Assembly: GCF_000025505.1 (NCBI RefSeq)
Contig: NC_013849.1
Coordinates: forward strand, 1,950,001-1,982,000
DNA from: Ferroglobus placidus DSM 10642
Lineage (GTDB): Archaea > Halobacteriota > Archaeoglobi > Archaeoglobales > Archaeoglobaceae
Length of the DNA stretch: 32,000 nt
Direction: 5' to 3'
Shown here: positions 16,058 through 25,008 of the stretch, piece by piece
How the letters are laid out: every line of letters starts with the position of its first letter
How positions within the stretch are numbered: position 1 is the stretch's first letter
The notes under the pieces: generated by a model
Told to the model about the DNA's origin: nothing
Databases searched by the model: none
What the model saw: the letters and a program-made list of their open reading frames with translations, nothing else
Position numbers and translations under genes: made by a program

Positions 16058-16801
16058 TCAAACCTTAAAAACTTTTTGCGCATTTCTCGTTGTAGCGTCT
16101 GCAACTTCAGCCAGTTCTAAGCCCTTTGCTTCAGCCACAGCCTTAGCTGCGTAGATTACGTTTTTCGGCTCGTTTCTTCCCCTGAAAGGTGAAAGGAAAG
16201 GGCTGTCAGTCTCAAGAAGTAAGTTATCTAGACCCACTTTTTCAGCAAGCTTTTTGTGTTTTTCCGAAAAGCATACGAGAGTTGAGAGAGAAATGTAATG
16301 TCCTGCATCTTCGATATTCTTCATCACAGCCTCACTTCCGCTGTAGCAGTGAAACACGGCAACGACGTCGTAGTTCTTTACCAAATCGAAAGCTAAGCTT
16401 TCTGCTTTTCTCGCATGAATAACGATCGGCTTGTTCAACTCTTCAGCTAAGGAAAGAAAATGCCTAAAAACTTTTTTTTGTTCCTCCAAACTCGCTTTAG
16501 CTTTTAGTAAATCCAAACCGACTTCTCCAATTCCCACGATTTTGTCCACGTTATCCCTTATCTGATCGACAACAACTCTGTAATCGTCGACGTGAATTCT
16601 GTTCGGACTCAAGCCGAGGGTTGCGTAAACGTCCTCAAAGCTTTCCGAAATAAGCAAGGTTCTCTCGTTCGATTTGTAATCGTATCCCGAGTTTATTATG
16701 GAAATTACCCCCTCTCTCAGCGCTCTAAGAATTACTTCCTTTCTATCTCCGTTGAAGTTGCTGAAATCGATGTGGCAGTGAATATCGACGAGTTCAAGCA
16801 T
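16058..16801 (-). CDS. TatD family metal-dependent hydrolase
   Basis: DIHCHIDFSNF, GIGEVGLDLL, PIVIHARKAES, VFHCYSG, LLLETDSPFLSP, RNEPKNV. Confidence 0.92.
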   Translation of the reverse strand: MLELVDIHCHIDFSNFNGDRKEVILRALREGVISIINSGYDYKSNERTLLISESFEDVYATLGLSPNRIHVDDYRVVVDQIRDNVDKIVGIGEVGLDLLKAKASLEEQKKVFRHFLSLAEELNKPIVIHARKAESLAFDLVKNYDVVAVFHCYSGSEAVMKNIEDAGHYISLSTLVCFSEKHKKLAEKVGLDNLLLETDSPFLSPFRGRNEPKNVIYAAKAVAEAKGLELAEVADATTRNAQKVFKV

Positions 16802-18293
16802 TCTTTCTCCTCATTCTTAAAAGGTAGTTCACGGCACTTATCACCGCCTCGATGCTCGCCATGACTATGTCCGTGCTCGCTCCTTTAGCTGTGAAGCTTC
16901 TTCCTTCTTTATCCTCGACTGTCACGTAAACCTCAGCTATCGCATCGCTTCCTCCGCTTATCGCATCCATTTTGAACTCGGTAATTTTCACGTCCTCACC
17001 CACGAGCTCAGCCACAGCTTTCAAAGCCGCATCAACCGGACCAACGCCTATTGCCGACGTAACTTTCTTCTTTCCATCTATTATCGCGTTTATTACGGCT
17101 GTAGGAGTTATCTTGTTCCCCGTTAGAATCGTGGCTTCGTCTATGTTTATCACCCTCTCCTCTTTACTCAGCTCTCCCATTATAACTTCGGCTATGGTTA
17201 TGACGTCGAGATCCGTCACCTTCTTCCCCTTATCTCCTATCTCCTTGATCTTCTCGGTTATCTTCGTCAGCGTTTCCTCGTCCACGGCATATCCGGCATC
17301 TTCCAGAATTTTCTTTATCTGATGCCTTCCGGCGTGCTTCCCTATGACTATTCTCCTCTTATGCCCCACCATCTCGGGAGTGATAACTCCCGGTTCAAAA
17401 GTAGCTGCGTGCTTTAAAACACCGTGAGCGTGAATTCCGCTTTCGTGAGCAAAAGCATTTTCTCCAACTATCGGAGTGTTGGGGGGGAGTTTAATTCCCG
17501 ATAACCTCTCCACGAGTCTTGACGTCTCAACCAAGTATTCCGTTCTTATGTTCGTCTTGATTCCCTCCAAAGCATGTAAGGCCATGACAACTTCAGCCAA
17601 GCAGGCGTTTCCGGCTCTCTCTCCAATCCCGTTCACGGTAACCTGCACCTCATCGGCTCCAGCTTTCACTGCCGCGTAAGTATTGGCTGTGGCTAATCCA
17701 AAGTCGTTGTGGCAATGAACGTCGACGGGGACTTTCAGATGCTCTTTTAGCTCCTTTATCAGTTCGTACATGCTGAAAGGCGTTGCCACGCCGACGGTGT
17801 CTGGAACGTTTATTATGTCCACTCCAGCTTCTTCCACGGCTTTGTAAATCCTCTTGAGGTAATCCACTTCCGTTCTCGTTGCATCCATTGCCGAAAACAT
17901 GCATTCGAAACCGTGATCTTTTATGTACTCGACGTATCTGACAGCTTCTTGAATTATCTCCTCTCTATCCTTTTTTATCGTGTGTTCAACCTGAATTTTT
18001 GACGTTGGGACGAAGATGTGGATCATATCAACATCAGTTTTCATCGCCACATCTATATCCTCTTTAACGAGCCTCGCCAAAGCGCTTATCTTGGAATTTA
18101 GTCCGAGCTTAACAATTTCTTTCACAGCCTCAAACTCTCCCTTAGTTGCAGCGGGAAAACCAGCTTCTATGTAATCCACACCGAGCTTGTCCAGCTGCTT
18201 CGCTATCTGAATTTTGTAATTTAGCGGGAAGGAAATTCCGGGAGTTTGTTCTCCGTCTCGCAGTGTGGTGTCGTATACTGATACTTTTCGCAT
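16794..18293 (-). CDS. leuA: 2-isopropylmalate synthase / citramalate synthase family enzyme
   Basis: YDTTLRDGEQTPGISF, DVHCHNDFGLATANTYAAVKAGADEVQVTVNGIGERAGNACLAEVVMAL, ENAFAHESGIHAHG, and a C-terminal LeuA allosteric domain. LeuA vs CimA cannot be settled by eye. Confidence 0.85.
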   Translation of the reverse strand: MRKVSVYDTTLRDGEQTPGISFPLNYKIQIAKQLDKLGVDYIEAGFPAATKGEFEAVKEIVKLGLNSKISALARLVKEDIDVAMKTDVDMIHIFVPTSKIQVEHTIKKDREEIIQEAVRYVEYIKDHGFECMFSAMDATRTEVDYLKRIYKAVEEAGVDIINVPDTVGVATPFSMYELIKELKEHLKVPVDVHCHNDFGLATANTYAAVKAGADEVQVTVNGIGERAGNACLAEVVMALHALEGIKTNIRTEYLVETSRLVERLSGIKLPPNTPIVGENAFAHESGIHAHGVLKHAATFEPGVITPEMVGHKRRIVIGKHAGRHQIKKILEDAGYAVDEETLTKITEKIKEIGDKGKKVTDLDVITIAEVIMGELSKEERVINIDEATILTGNKITPTAVINAIIDGKKKVTSAIGVGPVDAALKAVAELVGEDVKITEFKMDAISGGSDAIAEVYVTVEDKEGRSFTAKGASTDIVMASIEAVISAVNYLLRMRRKNA

Positions 18294-18346
18294 GAGAGTT
18301 TATAGCTCAAGAAAAGAGTAAAAGCTTTACGGAGGAGTTTTGAAAA

Positions 18347-18356
18347 AATATATATT
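18347..18356 (+). promoter_or_regulatory. Putative TATA box for the 18380 gene
   Basis: AATATATATT centred about 28 nt upstream of the ATG at 18380. Confidence 0.4.
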
Positions 18357-18379
18357 AATCAGCGCTAAAGTAATAGGTA

Positions 18380-18823
18380 ATGGCATCTGATGAAAAAGTC
18401 CTTGCTCGACTTCTTGCAAGAGCGTATATCGTTGAAATAGTGGAATCCCAGATAATTTCAGAAGTTCTATCTTACATCTTCGAAGACGAAATCTGGGATC
18501 GTCTGTTCAGAATCATCGTGGATAACGAGTTGCATAGACTTGAGATTGAGAGAATCGTGAGAGAGCTAAATTACGATGTGAGCAAGTTTAGGGAGTATGC
18601 TGAGATAAATTTCACGACAGAGAGGTGTAAAGACTTTTCGGAAGAATTGGTTCCTCAAATAATGGAGGAAATAATTAAATTGGAAAGGTGGATGAAGAAG
18701 TACTACGAAAAGTTGAGCGAGCTTACCGATGACGAAAACGTGAGGGAAAAGATTAGAAAACTTGTTGAATGGGAAGAAAAACACATTAAACTTCTCGAAG
18801 ACCTTAAGAGCGAGTTTTTCTGA
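18380..18823 (+). CDS. Ferritin/rubrerythrin-like four-helix protein, uncharacterised
   Basis: All-helical sequence with acidic/His pairs: AYIVEIVESQIISEVLSYIFEDEIW, VDNELHRLEIERIV, LVPQIMEEIIKLERWMKKYYEKL, LVEWEEKHIKLLEDL. Confidence 0.5.
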   Translation: MASDEKVLARLLARAYIVEIVESQIISEVLSYIFEDEIWDRLFRIIVDNELHRLEIERIVRELNYDVSKFREYAEINFTTERCKDFSEELVPQIMEEIIKLERWMKKYYEKLSELTDDENVREKIRKLVEWEEKHIKLLEDLKSEFF

Positions 18824-19331
18824 GATCGAGATACATATCGTACTCGTACTCGGGGTTTACAACTTTAAAACCGAATTTTTTGTAGACGTGTATCGCTCTT
18901 CTGTTCGTTCTCTCCGTTACGAGCATTATTCCTTCGAACCCGTTTTTCCTGCATATCTCAATTATTCTCTTCAAAAGCTCCTGCCCTATTCCTCTGTCTT
19001 GGTAATCCTGATGAACGAAAATGGTGAGATCTACTTTTCTTCCGTCTTCAGTTGGGATGACCGCTGCGTGACCGATGATTCTCCCGTCCTTTTCTGCTAC
19101 GATGTTGTATCCCCTTTTTGCGAGAAAGCCCACCCAAGCCTCTATAGCCTTTCTTGTTGTCGGCGGCAAACCCAGACATCTGTTTTCCGGAGAGAACGTC
19201 TCGTACATTTGAACGAGCTTCTCAAAATCTTTCTCGTGATCGTACTCTCTAATTACTACTTTTTCACCTTTTCTGTCGACTACTTCCTCTCTCCTCTGCC
19301 TGACTCTGAAAAGTTCGAGCTTCGCTTCCAC
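18804..19331 (-). CDS. GNAT family N-acetyltransferase
   Basis: HAAVIPTEDGRKVDLTIFVHQDYQDRGIGQELLKRIIEICRKNGFEGIMLVTERTNRRAIHVYKKFGFKV: classic acetyl-CoA loop QDRGIG. Confidence 0.9.
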   Translation of the reverse strand: MEAKLELFRVRQRREEVVDRKGEKVVIREYDHEKDFEKLVQMYETFSPENRCLGLPPTTRKAIEAWVGFLAKRGYNIVAEKDGRIIGHAAVIPTEDGRKVDLTIFVHQDYQDRGIGQELLKRIIEICRKNGFEGIMLVTERTNRRAIHVYKKFGFKVVNPEYEYDMYLDLRKTRS

Positions 19332-19360
19332 GGAAAAATAATTTGAAAGCTGAAGATATA

Positions 19361-19651
19361 TTATTTTTCGTTTACGATAAATCGTTTTATTTCAATTTCA
19401 ATTCGATCCCTTTCGGCGAAAATGTAGCTAATTCTTTTCGCAATCTCAAATCTTATCCTTTCGTTTATCCTTTCCGATGGAGCTCCAAGCTTAGAGAAAA
19501 TAAAAGAGATTAGCAGGGGGCTGTTGTTGAAAAGAAGGGACGAAAAGCCGAGTTTTCTCAACGCATTTATTCCGTCTTCTCCAAGCCTTTCGTCGTAGCC
19601 CCTTTCTTTAAGCCACTCAACGAACTCGTCTATAGTTGCTGCTATCCTCAT
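19361..19651 (-). CDS. Hypothetical protein upstream-overlapped by metG
   Basis: 96-aa ORF with 4-bp overlap to metG stop, strong operon context; no family recognised. Confidence 0.65.
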   Translation of the reverse strand: MRIAATIDEFVEWLKERGYDERLGEDGINALRKLGFSSLLFNNSPLLISFIFSKLGAPSERINERIRFEIAKRISYIFAERDRIEIEIKRFIVNEK

Positions 19652-21624
19652 CTGACTTTCACTCCAACAGGCACTTCCTTCTCTGGCGTAAGGAGTATAG
19701 CTTTTCCATCCACGTCAGCCGCTAAAACCATCACTTCGCTATCCACACCTCTTATTTTTGCAGGTTTTATGTTCGCAAGAACGACGACGAGTTTTCCTTT
19801 CAACTCCTCCTCGCTGTAGTTCTCGGCTATTCCAGCAACGGCTTGCTTAACTTCTCCTCCCAAGTCTATTTTCAGCTTCATCAACTTTTTGCTACCCTTA
19901 ACCTTCTCAGCCTCGATTATTTTTCCAATTCTTATGTCGAGCCTTCCGAACTCCTCTATCGTAACGAGTTCTCTCTTCTCAACTCCTTTTTCAGCCTTCT
20001 CTATCCTTTCCTTAAGTTTCTTCTCCATTTTCGCTATCTTTTCGTCTTCAACTTTTTCGAAGGGAACGAAAGGCTTCTCAACTTTGATTTTATCCGGAAT
20101 TTTCAGAGCATCCTCAAGTTTAGCTTTGCTCACGTCAAGCCCTATTAGCTTTCCGATCTTCTCCATCGTTGAAGGAAGGACTGGATAAGCGAGAATCGTC
20201 AAAGCTCTTACCAGAGCTAAGCACGAGGCTACCGCCCTTTCAGCAGATTCCGGATCGTTCTTTATCAGCTCCCAAGGTTGTGCGTTCTGGAAGTAAACGT
20301 TTCCGTACGATGCGAGCTCCATAAAAGCGTCGCTCGCCTCTTTGAACTCCCACTTTTCAATTGCTTCGTCGATCTTATTCATCGCAAGCCTTATCTGCTC
20401 TATCACTTCTCCGTCAACGTTCATCTTAACCTCTCCGAAGTTTCTCCAGGCGAAGTGCAAGACTCTGTAGATGAAGTTGCCAAGGGTTGCTATGAGTTCA
20501 TTGTTCACCTTCTCCTTGTAAACCTCCCAAGAAAAGTTCAGATCCTTCTGATGGGAAGTGTAGTTGACGACGTAGTATCTCAAGCAGTCCGGGTCGAAGC
20601 CTTCGTTCAGGTAGTCTTCGTCAACCCAAACAACGTAGCCTCTGCTTTTCGAGAACGTCTTTCCCTCCACTTTCACCATTCCGCTTGCAACAACAGCTGA
20701 AGGTAAGGCGTAATCTGCTGCTTTGAGCATAGCCGGCCAGAAAATGCAGTGGTGGTAAACTATGTCCAAGCCGATGAAGTGAATTATATCAGCCTTACCC
20801 TCTATCCAGATCTCTCTCCAGTCTTTACCGAGCTTTTCGCAAGCTTTCTCTGTGAAGCTTATATAGCCAATGGGGGCGTCGACCCATACGTAAACGACTA
20901 AATCCTCCTCTCCCGGAAACTTCACGCCCCACTCAAGGTTTCTCGTGATGCACCAGTCTTTCAGCTCTTTCCTAACCCACTCCTTAGCGTAATTTAAAGC
21001 GTTTTCGGTTCCCTTTAACTTTTCGAGGTAATCTTCGAGAAAGTCTTTAAAAGCGCTGAGCTTGAAGAAGTAATGTTTCTGCTTTTTGAAGATTGCTGGA
21101 GTTCCGCAAATCTTGCATCTCGGCTTTAAAATCTCTCCCGGCTCTAAGTGCCTTCCGCAACCCTGATCGCACTCATCTCCCCTCGCTTCAGCTCCGCAAT
21201 ACGGACAAATTCCCTCCACGTATCTGTCCGGCAAAAACCTCTCGCAGTTTGGACAGTAAGCGAGTTCTATTTCTTTGGGATATACGTAGCCCTTCTCTAT
21301 CATCTTCTTTACGATCTCCCTCGTTCTTTCGTGATGGTAATCGCTGTCGGTTCTTCCGTAAAAGTCGAATTCTACTCTCAGACTTTTAAAAATCTCTTGA
21401 AAGTGCTTGTGGTAAATGTCAACAAGTTCTTTCGGCTTCAAACCTTGCTGTTCGGCATTAACAACAATCGGCGTTCCGTGAGAGTCGCTTCCGCAAACAA
21501 ATATCACCTCTTCTCCTCTAAGCCTCAAATACCTCACGTAAACGTCTGCTGGAATATACGTTCTCAAATGACCGATGTGGGCTTTTCCGTTAGCGTAAGG
21601 TAGTCCGCATGTCACGAGCTTCAT
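19648..21624 (-). CDS. metG: Methionyl-tRNA synthetase with C-terminal tRNA-binding domain
   Basis: KLVTCGLPYANGKAHIGHLRTYIPADVYVRYLRLRG, CGSDSHGTPI, CPNCERFLPDRYVEGICPYC zinc region, KFSKS-equivalent KTFSKSRG, and the C-terminal LDIRIGKIIEAEKVKGSKKLMKLKIDLG domain. Confidence 0.96.
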   Translation of the reverse strand: MKLVTCGLPYANGKAHIGHLRTYIPADVYVRYLRLRGEEVIFVCGSDSHGTPIVVNAEQQGLKPKELVDIYHKHFQEIFKSLRVEFDFYGRTDSDYHHERTREIVKKMIEKGYVYPKEIELAYCPNCERFLPDRYVEGICPYCGAEARGDECDQGCGRHLEPGEILKPRCKICGTPAIFKKQKHYFFKLSAFKDFLEDYLEKLKGTENALNYAKEWVRKELKDWCITRNLEWGVKFPGEEDLVVYVWVDAPIGYISFTEKACEKLGKDWREIWIEGKADIIHFIGLDIVYHHCIFWPAMLKAADYALPSAVVASGMVKVEGKTFSKSRGYVVWVDEDYLNEGFDPDCLRYYVVNYTSHQKDLNFSWEVYKEKVNNELIATLGNFIYRVLHFAWRNFGEVKMNVDGEVIEQIRLAMNKIDEAIEKWEFKEASDAFMELASYGNVYFQNAQPWELIKNDPESAERAVASCLALVRALTILAYPVLPSTMEKIGKLIGLDVSKAKLEDALKIPDKIKVEKPFVPFEKVEDEKIAKMEKKLKERIEKAEKGVEKRELVTIEEFGRLDIRIGKIIEAEKVKGSKKLMKLKIDLGGEVKQAVAGIAENYSEEELKGKLVVVLANIKPAKIRGVDSEVMVLAADVDGKAILLTPEKEVPVGVKVR

Positions 21625-21698
21625 GCTCAAACCTTAAAGTAGAGCTATAAATTATTTGCCTTCAAAAAGTTTTTATTTTTTGTAAGCTATATTATACT

Positions 21699-22328
21699 AT
21701 GAAGCTCAGCAGCGGTTTGGTTATAGCTGGAGCTTACGCAGACAAAGTAAGGAGGACTCTCTTTGCCCAGCTGAGAGACATGATTAAGAGGGAAGAGATA
21801 GAAAGCAAGGAAGTTGCGAGAGCTGCTGCTGAGCTTAACAGGCTACTTTACGAATTGTTTGTAAACAAACTCAAGCTCGACAAGGGAGACGTTGTGAGGG
21901 TGCGAGTCGATTACGAAGTTGAGGAAGGAGTGATAAAGTGGAACCTCGAAACGCTCGAAGTGGAGGCTTTTCGAAGGATTCCTGAAGAAGAAGTTAAGAG
22001 TGCTTTGAGTGAAGTTGTCAGCAGAGCGGAGGAAATAGCTGAAGCGGAAGTGGAGTACGAGGTTGAGGAGATAGGAGAAACTGATCTTGGAGATATGGTT
22101 TACGCGATAAAGCTCGAAGGAGAGGAAGTTGGAGCTGTGATAGCAACTCCGATAAATGAAGAGAGCGTTGTTAGGGGGGCTGTGACGAAACCGGTTCCGG
22201 TGATAATAGAGAAAACGAAGGTGCAGGATATAAGAGGTGAGCTGAACAGACTCGTTAAAGAAGGGAGAAACGTAGAAAGTGGAGAAGCTGAGAAGGTAAT
22301 TGAAGAGATTAAAAGCTTACTAAAATAG
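21699..22328 (+). CDS. DUF2258 family archaeal protein
   Basis: MKLSSGLVIAGAYADKVRRTLFAQLRDMIKREEIESKEVARAAAELNRLLYELFVNKLKLDKGDVVRVRVDYEVEEG matches the remembered DUF2258 pattern. Confidence 0.7.
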   Translation: MKLSSGLVIAGAYADKVRRTLFAQLRDMIKREEIESKEVARAAAELNRLLYELFVNKLKLDKGDVVRVRVDYEVEEGVIKWNLETLEVEAFRRIPEEEVKSALSEVVSRAEEIAEAEVEYEVEEIGETDLGDMVYAIKLEGEEVGAVIATPINEESVVRGAVTKPVPVIIEKTKVQDIRGELNRLVKEGRNVESGEAEKVIEEIKSLLK

Positions 22329-23132
22329 CACGTCAAGCACGGGTTTTTTAAAGAAACCTTTTTCCTCTCCCATTTCGAAGAGCTTTTCAATAGCTTTCAA
22401 AACAGACTTCGGCATCTCGTAAGTGTACTCGTTAACGTACATCCTCGCGAATCTTAAAGTCTCCTCGAAGCTCATCCCTCTCGAGTACTTCATCGCATAT
22501 CTCGCAGCTTCTTCGCTGTTTTTTAAAGCGTATTCTATGCTGAGCTTCATCGCTTTCAAAAATTCCCTCTGAATTTTTTCGTCGATTCTTCGCGAGATCA
22601 CATTCACTCCGAGGGGCATTGGCAAGTTCGTCAGCTCTTTCCACCACTCCCACAAATCGAGAACTTTAACCAAGCCGAACTTTTCGTAGGTTATCTGCCC
22701 TTCGTGTATAAGCAATCCCGCATCTACCTCTCCTCTTTTAACAGCATCCATTATTTCGTCGAACCTCATTTCAACTGGTTTGAAATTCTCGACGGCGAGT
22801 CTCAAATACAGATAGGCGGTGGTGTATTTTCCGGGAATCGCTATCTTCTTTCCCTCCAGATTGATCTTTTCCTTAGCCACCACTATCGGTCCGTATCCGT
22901 CACCGACGCTTGCACCGGCTGAGAGAATTCTATATTTGTCGCTGAGGTAAGCGTACGCGTGGGCAGATAATGCTGTAACGTCCAAGTCTCCTTTAAAAGC
23001 GAGCTTATTTAGCGCCTCTATGTCCATTATGATGTGCTCGATTTCGAAGGGGAGCGGAATCTTTCCGCTAACCATGGCGTAGAACATGAAAGCATCGTCA
23101 GCATCGGGCGTGTGGGCAACTCTAAGCCTCAT
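22320..23132 (-). CDS. mqnD: 1,4-dihydroxy-6-naphthoate synthase-like protein (futalosine menaquinone pathway)
   Basis: RVAHTPDADDAFMFYAMVSGKI, DVTALSAHAYAYLSDKYRILSAGASVGDGYGPIVVAK, DAGLLIHEGQITY, WWKELTNLPMPLGVNVI. Confidence 0.85.
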   Translation of the reverse strand: MRLRVAHTPDADDAFMFYAMVSGKIPLPFEIEHIIMDIEALNKLAFKGDLDVTALSAHAYAYLSDKYRILSAGASVGDGYGPIVVAKEKINLEGKKIAIPGKYTTAYLYLRLAVENFKPVEMRFDEIMDAVKRGEVDAGLLIHEGQITYEKFGLVKVLDLWEWWKELTNLPMPLGVNVISRRIDEKIQREFLKAMKLSIEYALKNSEEAARYAMKYSRGMSFEETLRFARMYVNEYTYEMPKSVLKAIEKLFEMGEEKGFFKKPVLDVLF

Positions 23133-23152
23133 GGGAATTGCTAACTTTCGGG

Positions 23153-23509
23153 CTATTTAACCCTAACGAAGTCCTCTTTAACGAATTTTCTGTACCAGTT
23201 TTCCCACTCCTCTTTCGAAATCACGTGAATTTCGAAGGGATGTAAACTTCCGATTTTTTCTCTGATTTTCCGGTAAAAGGCTACACGCTCTTCTTCACTC
23301 ACCGGCTCTTTCAAAACAACCGCAATATCTACATCGCTCATAGCATGCTCCTCCCCTCTTACAACGCTACCAAAAACGTACACATCGATTAAGTTTGAAA
23401 AGGTCTCTTCAGCCAAATCCTTTATAATCTTAGCGTACTTGAGATAACTTCTTCTCATTTCTTTTAGCTTCTTTACAACTTCCATTTGGATGTCGATTAA
23501 ACTAACCAT
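23153..23509 (-). CDS. MNT-type nucleotidyltransferase (partner of HEPN)
   Basis: YVFGSVVRGEEHAMSDVDIAVVL = GSxxRGxxxxxSDxD minimal nucleotidyltransferase motif; overlaps the HEPN gene end. Confidence 0.88.
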   Translation of the reverse strand: MVSLIDIQMEVVKKLKEMRRSYLKYAKIIKDLAEETFSNLIDVYVFGSVVRGEEHAMSDVDIAVVLKEPVSEEERVAFYRKIREKIGSLHPFEIHVISKEEWENWYRKFVKEDFVRVK

Positions 23510-23868
23510 TCTTTAAACTCCTCCTTAAATTTTTTCAATTTCAAGAGGTTCAAAGCTTTTTCGGCACTTTTTATGCTGTACTCTTTGTTTAGATACCTTG
23601 CGGTAACGTAGGCTTCTTCGAGCAAATCGAAAACGTCTGCATTGTCCTCGTAAAATACCTTAGCTTTGTCGTTAATTTTCGCAAGTTCGTTAAAGAGGAT
23701 TCTGAGGTTGTGAGTTTTGGGATAATCTCCAAGTTCCTTAGTAAGTATATATTTTACGTAGAGCTGTAGCGCTTGTTCGGAGAAGAACAAAACGAACTTC
23801 GGCTTTTCTTTAATCGCTTCAAACGCCTTTTTCTCGAAATACTCTGCGTTTTCTTTCAAAAATTCCAT
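23497..23868 (-). CDS. HEPN domain protein
   Basis: Helical protein EFLKENAEYFEKKAFEAIKEKPKFVLFFSEQALQLYVKYILTK...AKVFYEDNADVFDLLEEAYVTARYLNKEYS, located directly upstream of MNT gene with 13-bp overlap. Confidence 0.82.
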   Translation of the reverse strand: MEFLKENAEYFEKKAFEAIKEKPKFVLFFSEQALQLYVKYILTKELGDYPKTHNLRILFNELAKINDKAKVFYEDNADVFDLLEEAYVTARYLNKEYSIKSAEKALNLLKLKKFKEEFKEWLV

Positions 23869-23957
23869 AAAAGTCGGAGGTCTTCAACCCTTTTAAGATT
23901 TCCTCTCAACCAAAAATTAAAAATATCTAAGAAGCGTGGATAGTATTAGCCTGGTGT

Positions 23958-24031
23958 GCCCGGGTAGCTCAGCCTGGGAGAGCGCGCGGCTGAAGACCGC
24001 GTAGTCCCCGGTTCAAATCCGGGTCCGGGCA
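23958..24031 (+). tRNA. tRNA-Phe (anticodon GAA)
   Basis: Cloverleaf folds by eye: acceptor GCCCGGG/TCCGGGC, D-stem GCTC/GAGC, anticodon stem-loop CGCGG-CTGAAGA-CCGCG (GAA), T-stem CCCGG/CCGGG with TTCAAAT loop, discriminator A, T-rich terminator follows; CCA not encoded. Confidence 0.95.
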
Positions 24032-24041
24032 CTTTTTCTTT
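24032..24041 (+). terminator. T-rich termination signal after tRNA-Phe
   Basis: CTTTTTCTTT immediately downstream of the tRNA. Confidence 0.5.
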
Positions 24042-24185
24042 TAAATTTACTTCCAATTAGCGTGTTTTTAATTCCGGTAAAGTCAGCTCTGATTAAGTTC
24101 GAACTAATTGCGTGCTTGCTTACGCAAAAAGTAATCCAAATTAGTGTAGAAAAGTATTTGAAAATTCCATGATTTTTCAATCACT

Positions 24186-24668
24186 ATGAACACAAATACT
24201 TTAATTGATGATATTATTGATCTTTTCAAAGCTGAAAAAGAAATTTGCGAACGCGACTTCCTATTGCATAGAAACGAATTAAAAGTAGATTACAACATGC
24301 TTGTTTCCACTCTAGCTATATTTATTTCGACAATCACAGCAGCGTACAACATTTTTACGCACTTATATGGTTCAAGTTCACTACTTGTGTTGATGATGCT
24401 GCTTTTTGTGGTGATAACACTTGTTTTATTTTCATTGCACTTTCTCCTTACTTCGAGGGAGAAACGTAAACATATCATCGAACATATCGAAATGTCAGTC
24501 AGACTTGGCATTATTATTGAGGCTTTGCATATAATAAAAATAAGCGGAGTTCCACTTGATCTTACTCCCGTAATAAATGTAATTAAAAAACGATACCACT
24601 ATACAACAACTGAAATAAAAAGTGCAATGCTTACTAATGACTTATCTGAACTCTGGTCCCTTAGCTGA
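24186..24668 (+). CDS. Two-TM membrane protein, uncharacterised, AT-rich composition
   Basis: 160-aa ORF with two hydrophobic helices (YNMLVSTLAIFISTITAAYNIF, SSLLVLMMLLFVVITLVLFSLHFLL) flanked by charged cytosolic helices. Confidence 0.7.
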   Translation: MNTNTLIDDIIDLFKAEKEICERDFLLHRNELKVDYNMLVSTLAIFISTITAAYNIFTHLYGSSSLLVLMMLLFVVITLVLFSLHFLLTSREKRKHIIEHIEMSVRLGIIIEALHIIKISGVPLDLTPVINVIKKRYHYTTTEIKSAMLTNDLSELWSLS

Positions 24669-24941
24669 GCTCTTTATTCTTCTCGTCACCTCTTCTATCG
24701 CCTCTTTGGATGCTTTCACTTTGACGAGGTTTTGGGAAATTATCTGGTAAACTGGCTCTCCTATCGGGCTAAGTTCGTCCCTCCTAACTACATCCACTAA
24801 AACGAGTTTTACGTAAAGCCTCGTTCCGTCTTCGAGCTCGTACTCGTTCCAGTCTTCCTTCACCGGCTTGAAGTTCAGCTTTTTTCCGGTGATTACCCTT
24901 CCGTCTGGCAGCTGTATTTTGAGTTCGCCCTCTTCGCTCAT
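24642..24941 (-). CDS. Hypothetical protein
   Basis: MSEEGELKIQLPDGRVITGKKLNFKPVKEDWNEYELEDGTRLYVKLVLVDVVRR...; well-formed small beta-rich protein. Confidence 0.65.
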   Translation of the reverse strand: MSEEGELKIQLPDGRVITGKKLNFKPVKEDWNEYELEDGTRLYVKLVLVDVVRRDELSPIGEPVYQIISQNLVKVKASKEAIEEVTRRIKSSAKGPEFR

Positions 24942-25008
24942 GGAGTTAGATCGTCTTAATTGAATTTAAAGTAAATTTTATTTAACGAATCAAAATAATA
25001 AACTTTGG

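Noticed and set aside
18762-19346. 194-aa plus-strand ORF opposite GNAT
   Set aside because: Opposite strand shows classic GNAT motifs; this frame is a Phe/Ser-rich shadow.
23958-24180. Integration att duplication of the tRNA-Phe 3' end
   Set aside because: No second copy of GGTTCAAATCCGGGTCCGGGCA was noticed nearby, so an integrated element is not demonstrated.
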